Below, piece by piece: positions 15,201-27,200 of a stretch of DNA of 64,000 bases. A program made the position numbers and the translations under genes. Under the pieces are notes generated by a model that was given only the letters and a program-made list of their open reading frames with translations, was not told the DNA's origin and did not search any database. Position 1 is the stretch's first letter. Each line of letters begins with the position of its first letter. Source of the stretch: Bugula neritina (lineage: Eukaryota > Animalia > Bryozoa); NCBI GenBank assembly GCA_964035545.1, contig OZ037769.1, forward strand, positions 8,785,929 to 8,849,928, written 5' to 3'.

Positions 15201-18200
15201 TGATAGACTATATATACTCTATATAATATACAGACCTTGATAGACTATATATACTCTATATAATATACAGACCTTGATAGACTATATATACTCTATATAA
15301 TATACAGACCTTGATAGACTATATATACTCTATATAATATACAGACCCTGATAGACTATATATACTCTATATAATATACAGACCCTGATAGACTATATAT
15401 ACTCTATATAATATATAGAGCATATAATATATACTTTATATAATATACAGACCTTGGCAGCAAGAACTCGAAGAGAATCAGCATTCTTCGTCTGCTCCAG
15501 AGCAAGCACAGCTGCCATAGCAACTTTAGCATAAACATGAACCTTCCAGTAGGTGTTCAGCTCTTTGGGTTGCAATGCTTCCATCAACACAATAGAGTTT
15601 TGCATCTCCAAAGGAGAAGAAAATTCCTTCTTTACTAGCATACTGCAAGTTAAATCACTGCATATCAATCCATTCTGCAGGTAAACTATTGTAATAAAAT
15701 GATTCCCTGTTGGTCATGTAATTGCTTCAACACAACAGCATATGCAGAAATATTTCAAAAAGGGCACATCTAGACATATAAGCTCCAAGGGTAGATGTTA
15801 ATGCTAGTAGTAGATTACAAACTGCGTACTAGAGAACATAACTAGCTAATATATTGTGCTCGTAGACGTCTGTATCCAAAGGGGTAACCTCATGATCTGG
15901 AATGTTCTCTAATCTGTAGTCTAAGGTTTCTTGCGTATATGACATCATTTCCTCCTTCAAATCAGCTGTAACTAGCTCATTCCCCACAAAACCTAAACAC
16001 GTGAACATTGCTTGATGTCTAATGATGATTATATATATTGCTTAAAGAGCTGTTTTGGAAAAATTATGCATTCATATCAGAATAATGTTAGCATATGATA
16101 GCCTTTCCAAGTTTTATGTAACAGTAGTATTTATTTTTGATTAAATTACATAACTAATTAAATTGAGTGTTTTTGATAAGGTGCAAATGTTACATCCAAT
16201 AAAAATTTATGTAAGTGCTTTATTATTATCTTGAAACAATCTGGTTTTCTCTTAGAACAACAAAGTTTTCAAACAGTAATATACGTACATCTACTAAATA
16301 GAACGTTATTTAGAGCAGCACTATTTAAGAGCTTTGTTATGCTACATGTTAACTGATTTGAGTGAGTTAAACAAATTTATTACTTTATAATGTTTAATTA
16401 GAGTTAGCAAAGTATTAATGCTTTGATGTGCATAGTTGTATTAATAAATGAAAGTACAATTAAGAGCACCGTAGCAATATACGCTAAGAGTTCAAGTTAT
16501 ATATCCATGCAGCAACAACGTTACAATGTTGTGCATAGACCATTTTTATAAATGATAGCATTATTATGATGCAGATTTTGTTTTGAAACTTCAGCTATAT
16601 GAAAAAGCATTTTAATTTCAATCTTGATGAGTTAGGTCAACATATGATTTACAATCATCTCCAATGCTTTAGAACCTGACTGCTCTCAAACTTATAGCAT
16701 ATAGCTCAATACACCATGATATAATCAATCTAACAACCAGCTCACCGGCAGCAATAAACTCTTCCCACAAACAGGTGAAATATGTGGCATCATCTACAGT
16801 CTGCAAGGAAAGAATTGCTGCTCCAAGGTCTTCGGGTCTGTAACTATAAAAATATTTATAATCATAATCATGCAGTTGTAATACTGTGACAGCATATGCT
16901 TCATCAATGTAATGCTATAGTAGTTGATCCAGCAGACAACGTAAAACATTTGGCCAAAAACTTACTGAATCTAAACATTGAGCATATGACATGTAATGTG
17001 TTGAACACATTACAGCAATAAGAAAAAGAACACAATATTATAAACAATAGACAGAATTATGAGCTGACAACAAAAAGTAGACAACTACTACGAATCATGG
17101 AATAGTTTGAATTACCATAATTCCCTCAGTGCAGCTTGGTGCAGTGTCGGCACAAAATACAGGTTATTCAGGCCATCTTTGTCTGGTACTTCTTTTACTA
17201 TACCATCAATCTTTTTCACTGGCATAACAGAGTGGCATAATTTTCCATAAACGTTGATTACAATTCATGTTAAACCAATACTCAATAAAATATATAGCTG
17301 CAAGAATGAAATTACAATTACGATGCATTCACATAATATATTTGTGTTAATTAAATAGTAAAACTATTAAATTGCACTAAAATTCTTAAAAGTAACATCA
17401 CAAAAGCTCTGTTTTTCTATACTGATATAGCATAGTTTGCTGGTTATCAAAGTTAGTGTTGGCAAGCATTACAGACATGAGGTGCTGGTTTTCAACGATT
17501 ACATTTGATAGAGTTATCTTTTCTATGTTGCAAATTCGTGAAATTCTTTAAAACCAGTGACACTTGACAGGGTTGCAATATAGCCGACTCTAGAGTCTAG
17601 AGTGTTACTTATACTAGTCAATGTCACTTAAAGGTCACTCACCTGACTCAGATACGCCACTAGAATCTCCTTCACAAAGACTACTGTGTAACTTCACCAG
17701 ATTCAGATAAAGCTGGGCTAGTCTTATCAGCCCCTTCTTTGCTTTGTCTACTTCATTTAAGTTCAACTCTCTTTCACTGAGAAAAACAAGCAGCAAATAA
17801 ATTATTGTTAAATATTTAGGCAGCAGCTACTTGTTTACTTAAATAACCACTAGGACAAACATATTTTACATATAACAAAACGTAAAGGTAAAATCCAACT
17901 TTTCTTTTTTGGTAAACTTTAGTTACATTTACAGAAAAGCTGAAATTTAACAAGAACTGCAATTCAAACTTTTCAACATTTATCAACATAATAGTAAACA
18001 AGAAGAACTGGCATTTTACAACTGGAGTATAAAACACTGAAGCACTTACAATACATTTGTTTTGTTCACTATTCTGTGAAGAGCAGAGAACTTGGCCTCC
18101 TGTTGATAGTGGTGTATAATATTGCCGTAACAGATGAGCACCTCAAACTCATCCTGAGTGTGCTGACTGATGCCTAGACTGGTATCTAGCAGAAGCTGTA

Positions 18201-21200
18201 CTACGGCTGACCCCTTGCTCGTGCCCTGACTGTGGTACAAAGAGGAAAGAATTCTACTAACCTCCAGCTGGGCACTGGCGTCTGTTGGTCTGTCCAAACA
18301 CAGTACTAGTGTTAGCATATGCGACAAACTGGCTAGCAAATGTAGCAGCATATTCTGTTGATTGAATCTTACTGAATGTCACTCAATCTCAGAGCATCTT
18401 ACAGTAAGCCTAGGGCCACGGCGCGTATTTTCGCATGCGAAAATTGAAATCACAAGTAGCAAAGGTGTCCACTGTAGCGTCAGTGATGCGTGATAAATAA
18501 AGCATTCATTTTTAAATCGCACTCGCTTTCAATAAAACGCAATTTACTGGAATGTAGCACTAAAATAAAGAAATTGGGCTCGCTGAATAACTACCAGCCA
18601 ATTAGGTGACGACGACAGAGACGATTCGCACTTGCGTTGAAAATGCAGAGCGACAAGTGCGAATGTTTTCTCAACGCGCACAGTGGACACCTTTGCTACT
18701 TGTGATTTCAATTTTCGCATGCGAAAAAACGCACCGTGTGGCCCTAGGCTAACTGAAGCCAACGTAACACAAACAGGATAGAAGAGTAACCTGATTTGTT
18801 TCTTTAAGGTTTCTGGAAGACAACGTCTAGAAAAGTCTAGCAGTTTGCCAATGCCTTTCTTTAACCTTTTAGCTGAGATACCAAACAGCCCATCTGGAAT
18901 ATTTACTTGCAATTCTTCTAGACTAGCTGAATACAATGCAGAGGCTTCTGCATACTCTCCAACACAACAATGTACCTACAAGAGAACTCTGGTTACGTTA
19001 TTCAAGCTTTATAGTCTGAGAAATTTAGGTGTAGGGTTATAATGTTAAAATCAGCTGAAGAAAAACTTGCAATGTTATTTATTGATACATTAGCAGCTAT
19101 ATACTGTATGAGCATTCAAGCTTTTTCATATTTTATTTTAAACAGTGGGTAATGCAGTACTTGTATATGAATTTTAACAATGGTATGTACACATTAGACA
19201 AAAACAGGTTATTAAGCTCGGGTATTTTACTATTTTGTAAATTTATAAATTTCATAGTTTAATTTTATGTTTTTGTACTTCATTTTAATGCAAGTTTACG
19301 TATGCCACGCTGAGCAACACTTTTGACTAAGGTGTTGGAATTATAGGTTTGTTACTAAAACCTAGCAGCTATATGCTGTACATGCTGGCAGTACTATATG
19401 CTAATAAAGAAAATGGAGTGGCCTTTGCACATACTTCATTTACTTTTAGATTAGGTAGTTTGTATATCATGCTGCATAAGTCAGCATGATATACAAAATG
19501 AATTAATATTAAGTTAGTGCAAGCCATAACATAAGCTTTAACAGCAGGCATTTGTATTGAAAGTTAATGCTTTCAGTTAAACTCAACATTCCAGGCTATT
19601 CAACTCCAATAAAACAAATAATTTAGAAAAACATGGAGAAGTAAATAGTTTCATTGCTCATTTACAATAATTTTAGTTTTATAGTTTGAAATAAAAAAAT
19701 TAAAAATTCTTAAAATAATATATAATATTGTGAATGCTGAACGTAAGAGCAAGGTTACAGCATACTTTTACATTCAAATATTAATAGACTCACAAGTGCT
19801 ATTAAGGTGACGAGTTTAGTAGAGTGGGACACCCAAAACCCCTCCAGTAATTCTGTCTGGTCTGTAAGAGGCTCCCCAGTCAGAGGGTTTATCTTCTGCT
19901 TTATTTTAGTCGCGATAAGATGAGCAAACTTGAGGTAGATGTAGGCCTAACACACAAAACCACACATTGGCTCAATAGATAACTATAACTAAAACAAATG
20001 ACTTCAAAACATACTTGAAAGCCTAAAACTTAACAGTGGTATGGTAGGAAAGGGTATACCACACACCGCTAACCATGTTTATATAGCGATAAAGATGTGA
20101 GCCTAAATATTGATATCTAGCAAATAATATTATTTTTATTATTTTTTATAGCCAATATCTTATCCTAATATTACATATATTCTTTAAATCATTATAAAAG
20201 CATATTTAATTAATATTCAAACAAATATTTATAATTGGTGTTCTTATTGGAATCAGTTGCCAGCATAGCTCTACAGTACTAAATAATTATTGTCACACTG
20301 TTATTTAATGATTATAGATTTTTAAAAACCAGTAGTAATAAAATTGACACTATTATTTTTGAAATAATAATATAAATGAATTTATTCTATCTTTGATTAC
20401 AAAACTCATAATTTATAACCACCTTTAATGACTTTATGAACGAGTTACAGTGTTAGCTAGGTAGCTCATGTCTATGTCATGTCTATTGCTAAACATTCTA
20501 ACCTGTTGAAGGAATCGGTGTTGCAAGGCCACACAGCCAGCTTCTACTAAAGTAAACAGGGTGTTCTTGAGATGCAATGATGACCTCCAGTGCCAAAGTG
20601 TTTGTCTGAACAAATTAAACTTGCTTTCAGTGTCTACATCAGCTTTTCTGAAAAATATGAAATGAACTTTATTTAGCAAAATAAAATACAATATTATAGT
20701 AATAGTTGTTTATAATAGACTGCAGTGTACATGGTTACAAGTGACAATATTAACTGTAACTGGTTTGTATCTAGTGATAAATTGCCCAATTGATTCCATT
20801 CAAATTAGTTTTACAAAATAAATAAATCTAATAACAATGCATGTTGTTTCATACATTTCACTACTAAACAGTATTGCAGCTGTGGTCTAAAGATGTATAC
20901 TCAACAGGTAAAATGTTTCTTTGCGAAAATGTAATAAAAGTTATACTACATCAGTAAGTTTAGATTTGCATATTGTAAGCAAAAATAATCTAGAAATTGC
21001 AAACTATATAGCATAGTATTATTTTGTACAAAGCAAGGAGTTACCAACATTATTAAATTCTAAACTTTTTTTACCTTACCACTACTATGTATATACCTCA
21101 AGTATGTTGAATACTGTAAAGTGTGTTTGTTTAATATGGAGTATGCATTATATATGAAATAATAGTATGTGTATATTCTATGCATATAGCATATAATATT

Positions 21201-24200
21201 AAGTAAATATTGTAATAGATATGATGGGCACATATACTTTATATAGCAATATTATATGTACACACGATGTATTTAATGTACACCTATAACATAGGTCTAA
21301 TACAACAGATTAAGTATTAAAAATAAATCAAACCCTATTATAGGTCGTTTAACTGAATCAACAGCTGTTAGACTTTCTCTTCTGGAGGCGAGGAGATCCA
21401 TTTTCTGCTCTTGTTCTCCGAGAGCTTGTGTGAGTGCTATAGAGAACTTACCACTGGATCTGTTGCCTTCAGAGAAACTGCTGTCCACTGATGCATTGCG
21501 TCTTCTACCACCTAGTATAATCATGCGTGGAATAAGAAAGTAGCCGATAGCAATCTTAAGGCACCTGCCTTGCATGTCTTTCAACAGAGACTATACATTA
21601 CAATAAACTTCTGAATACAAAATAATGGCACAATACAAAATTCCTTTGTTACAAAATGTAGGAAATATAAAAAATGAATTTTTTCAAGTAATGAACTTAT
21701 ACTAATGCACGATATTTAGAGTTTAGACAGTTTAGGCACTACTGAGCTCTTCTCAGCGCCAATGGTAACCATAATAAGCTGCAATGACATACATGTTATA
21801 TGTACTTCTTTCTATAATGGAAAGTGAGCTGAACAAATGGTGTGTAGCTAGAGCAAATGGTATTGCATCATTGTAACACTATAACATCTTAGTATTACAT
21901 TATTCAGCAGGGAGCAGCCATGGTCTAGGGGTTAGAGCGTCTGCCCAGTAAACACGAAGTCTTGGGTGAAGTTATGGGTTAGAGCCCGACAAAGGCCATT
22001 GGTGATGTTGGAAAGAGCATTCAGTCATAATTGTTCCTGTATCCCATTTGAATATAAGTCCATACATTAGCCCGATTTAACAAAAAACCCTTTCATCAGG
22101 GGTGAGATTACCTGGTATTGTTGTAGACATGCTCTGTGTTTTTGTCTTTTTCCTCCCTTGTCTGATACTTCCAGCTCTGGATCGCCTTGAACTTGACCCA
22201 AGATGTACATTTCCAATAGAAGCCGTGGAATTATTTCTCTCTTAAAATTAATGCAAGGAATGTTACGTAAAGTGTGTAAACCTCCCGAGCAGACATATAG
22301 CTGGTGACTATTTATTGAGAAGTTAAAAAATGTTTAGTTTTGTCGGCAGTATTTATCTAGAAAAGATCATTTTTACTGCTTCAGCTTGAAAAAAAAAACT
22401 TGATGTAATAAAATATTTTTATTAACTGTAAAAATTTTAGTTTGTATGATAATGATCTATATTGGGTGATTTGGTAATGCTGACAACAAAGCAATAATAG
22501 ACAATAGTATATTGTGTCAACTAAACTCTCTAATCAAATAGTTGAAATAAAACTATAATTAACCTGTAAATACTTTAGTTTACTACTACTAGTTACTATG
22601 ATGTATGTGATTTATCTATGTTTATACCATATTTTTCAAAATTATTTCAAGTAAATTATATTTTGTTATTATGCAAATTTGATAGCACTAAGTTACTGTA
22701 TACAACAGATATCATATTTAGTTGTTTTTGTGGTAACAGAGTTATAAACATGTCGACGCTTACCATCAGAGACTCTTTTTTGTTTTGTTAGCATGTTTTT
22801 CAATTTCAAAGCTCTGGATCTTACTGAGCGACTGAACGATCGACTTCTAAAACCATAAGTCAGTGAAATTGAAGAATTCTATTATTAAGCTTATTTTAAA
22901 CTAGTGAAGTTTATTTATTGCAAATTAGACAGCTCTAAACAAATCTACAGTATAATATATTATGTACCTGCTACATTTACTTTCACATAATGCTAGTTGA
23001 TTGTTGAAAAGTCAGGCTTTAGCCTTTAAAACTGAATTTTTTAACTATATAGATATTTACAAGTATTTAGTTTTTTCTTAATATATTGTTTAACAAATAT
23101 TCATATTTATGACTTTCAGACTAAAGAGTTTTGAATATGGGCCGAACTTGAACGGTATGAAACGCACCTTTTCTTCTTCCCTTTATTATGATATAGTTCT
23201 CCATTAGCTTTGTTTAAAATATCATCAGTGCCTCCAGACTTACTTGAAGATCTGTGCTTCATGCTCTGATTGGCTGTCTCTTGCTCCATCAACCAATCAA
23301 GTAGTTTTTGAGAACAGAACCCACCTTCTTGAGACGACACATAGTACTACAATAAAACCTGCTCCTTTTGCTTTTTTGTGTTTGTTTCTAAAATCAGGCT
23401 TTTCTCATCAAATATATACTGTTGTGAAGACTGTGAATAATGTTGATTTAGCAATGTATTTCATTGCATGTGTCAATACAAAGAATAATAAAATTACCTT
23501 TTTGCACCTAGAGTGTTTATTGCAATGTATATAATATTCTTATTTTGATTATAAATAATCACAGAGGCCTACAGTTACTGCACAAAGCACTTTAGCAGTT
23601 TTGTAGTTCCAGTTTATATATAAATAATATTTCCGCTATTGCACATACATACATAGCATTTATTAAAACGAAGCTGCGTGTTAAAATACTCACAGAAACA
23701 CAGCTGCTCAGTCTAACGTATGTGTATAGGTTTGGTTTGTTTGCTGGCAGCGCCAGATCTGTTCGTTCTTCTGGAAGCTTTAGAGATTTGCAGTCAGCAA
23801 ATATGTATGAAATGTCGTCTGCAAGGAAAGGCAACTCCTGGCATGTCAGTTCTTCAACCGTCTCGTTACTCAAGTGGCTAACCTGGTGGACGTTTATAAA
23901 TAATTCCAAGATTAGAACATGACTAATGAAATATGTATGGTTTTAAAACATATGACTAATGAAATACATTTAATTATCACCTTATTACTCATCTCATTAA
24001 TAATTTCATTCAGAGAAACCTTTTGAGTTAAAAAACGTGTATTCAAGACTTAAAAATTACAGTATCTAATTTTGCTAAAAGCCAATAATTGGCAGATAAA
24101 GGAAATACACTTGGTGAGATTGTCACTCAGTGGATTGCATTGTAAACTTAGTAAACTAAGTATTGTCATAATATTATATAGAAAACTTCTCTGATAATAG

Positions 24201-27200
24201 ATAAAAATATGGTTTATTTACACAATTTAATCTTTAGGGCCATTCTGATAGTTATACAAATCATTATGTAACTCTTTTGAAAAGGTATTTCATGCAAGAA
24301 TGCTGCTTTAAGCTCATCAGTGTATTATTATTGATTAATTGTCGAATGTGCAATTAAAAAACCTATAAACTTCTCTTAAACTCAATCCTTCAAACACTTC
24401 TACTTCAAATGTATACCCACACTGCATTAAGACTATAAAACATCAGCTAGCTGCTTTATTCTACATGCTGAAAGCTTACATTAACTACTCACAGAATTCT
24501 CCAAGTATTTGGCCACTTTGTAATGCATCTCACATCTCAAGTCTTCTACTAGTATAGAATACACAGTGTCCCTCATTAGATGGTTTCTAGCAATCAGAAG
24601 AAACTAGTTACTTGTTTACTACACAATATTATAGATTTACTACATAAAATAGTGAATTTACTATGACAAGCCATGAATTATTTCAAAATATCTCATAATA
24701 TAGTAACTACATGCAATACTTACAGAATAATAACACGTTAACTAAGAATGCTATTTTTATATATACATCTTTTAGGTTACTCATGCAACTAAAACAATAT
24801 TAAAATCAAATTTATTTTCAGCTGCGCTACTTAGTGTTGCTAATAATATTAAATCTGTTATAATATGCTTATATGAGTGCTATACATTATAATAAGCAAA
24901 GTCGCAATGTGCAAGTTCAACAAATTAATATTATACTGTGGTCATTAGTAGGGTGTGGAGAAGTTGGAAAATAGACATAGGAGCCTTTTTATAGCTCTTC
25001 CAATGACATTTTATTAAAATATTGCAACAGCTAGCTGACCTACTCAAAATTTTAAAAATATATTTCAACATGTGAATGGGAGCACTGACAGGAAGTATAA
25101 CCTGATTGGTTAACATTGACCTGTATTATTTAAAGTGGTCTGTTTTAACATCTACTTTGTACATTTATATGATCAGTATATTTAGTTTATCATGTTGAAA
25201 TAACTTCTACTTACGTAAAGGTTATTATTCTACACATGGATACGCAGATGCTATCATCACATATACAGTTGTTGTGCATCTCCCGGCCACTCAACTACAA
25301 GGTTACACATTATGAATACAGGCAGCATGTATAACTTCACTAACTGGTAGTGAGCTAGAAAGGCTAATATACACTTTGTTATTATACATAAAATGGATTC
25401 ATGCATTAGTTGGCATTTTCATTTACTTATGATATGCGTTTCATCCGATTGACAATATACTGTCCCCATGCATTGAATGAAAAGTCCATAATGTATGATA
25501 GAGTATTCTATCTCTAAATAACCTCTTTATAACATTTCCTTTCACGAATAATTAAACTACATCAGCTATACTCGCTCCTAGACTGCTATTTATCTGAAGG
25601 TTTTATTTATAGTTTAAGACATAACCTGTAGTAATAATCCATTTTAAAGTAAAATAAAAACAAGTTATTTAAAAAAAATTGTTGGCAGTTATAGGAAACA
25701 CATGGATACAAAATGATGGCATACTTGAATATAGCATGTTGCATGTACATTATAGAGATGACATAACACAATAGATAGGAAGCATATGTATATTATAAGA
25801 AAAATATGTACAACTCGGTTATATCATACATACATCAGGGGATTACTAAAGTTTCCATGAAAATAGGTACTTGTTGCTATGCAAACTACGTAAATGCTTT
25901 TCTAGTATAACATGTATTTAGAGAACAGTTTTGTATATTTACATTATTGGGCAAAAGCTATATATAACATTCATAACACAGATAATGTAAAGCACGTATT
26001 ACCTTTTTTGTGGCAGCATAGCAGCGGAGGAAGTCCTTACTGAACAAGGTTTCCAATGCAGTGTTGAGAGTGGCTGTAGGAAAGGGCCAGAGTATATGGA
26101 GTATCTGAATGGAGCACACAACTCCGATGACAGAAGCACATTTCAGCACCAATTGTTCTGATGGGGTCAGTTGGTCTATCTCAATCAACAGCTGCCCTAA
26201 ATTGTCGGAATCACGTTGACTAGTTTAATCTTAATTAGTATACATTTACACAAAGTTTTGTTTTTATCATCACTTTTCCAAAATATGTATCTGTTCGACA
26301 GAGGAGGTGGCAATGTAAAGTGTTGGGCCTTTAGTTTTGGTGCAACATGTTGCAAAAATAATAGCATTTTATAAAATTTGGATAACTATTAAACTAGAGA
26401 TTTGTTTACATAAAAAATATTTAGGAATTTTATAGCATATAAACAACTTGTACACACGAATTCCACTTTAGGTACAACTCAAAACTTTTCAAAACACTGA
26501 TTAGTCTATAAAAACTGCATTAGAGATAAAGTTAATTTAAGCAGCTGACATTCCTTATAAAGCTGACTAATTGTAGAAGCAGGTGAGGTGCTGACTTACC
26601 TTTAAGGCTACTCGGAGTTTTATAAGTAGCTGCCGAGAACTGTGACCTCGGAGAAATGATACAGATCCTGTCTTCTGCAGGGTCTCTAGTCTCTGGTAAC
26701 TAAATTGTTTTACAAAATAGCAAACAGAAACTTATTTTACCTTTTGATTTTACATTTTTACCTTTTTACAGAATATGAAAATATATCGTGAGTGTAAAAA
26801 CAGCTTTACATTGCTTGTTTTATTACAATATATTCAAACACTAGATTGTACATAAGACTTGCAGTAAATATATAGTTTAAACTGTATATTAAACATAGTA
26901 GAGTGATATTGCATATAATATTATTATAAAAACTGAAGTCAATGATACATGGTCTGCCCAATCGCATGTGTTGAAAAAAGTTATTAGCATATATATAAGA
27001 TAAGCATATAATGTAATATATATAATTATAATATAATTATATAATATAACATAGATGATAATATTATATAGCATATATAATTAATAATATTGTAGGCCTA
27101 TATGCTATAGAAAATATTTCTAAATTTTGGTACTCAACTTGTCGACTATTGACTATATGTATGGTATATACTCTACTTCTTGTGCTTGTTTTTGTTTTGA

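Noticed and set aside
21911-21995. Functional tRNA gene
   Set aside because: Degenerate B-box, extra sequence, and no complete acceptor stem; better explained as a SINE relic.
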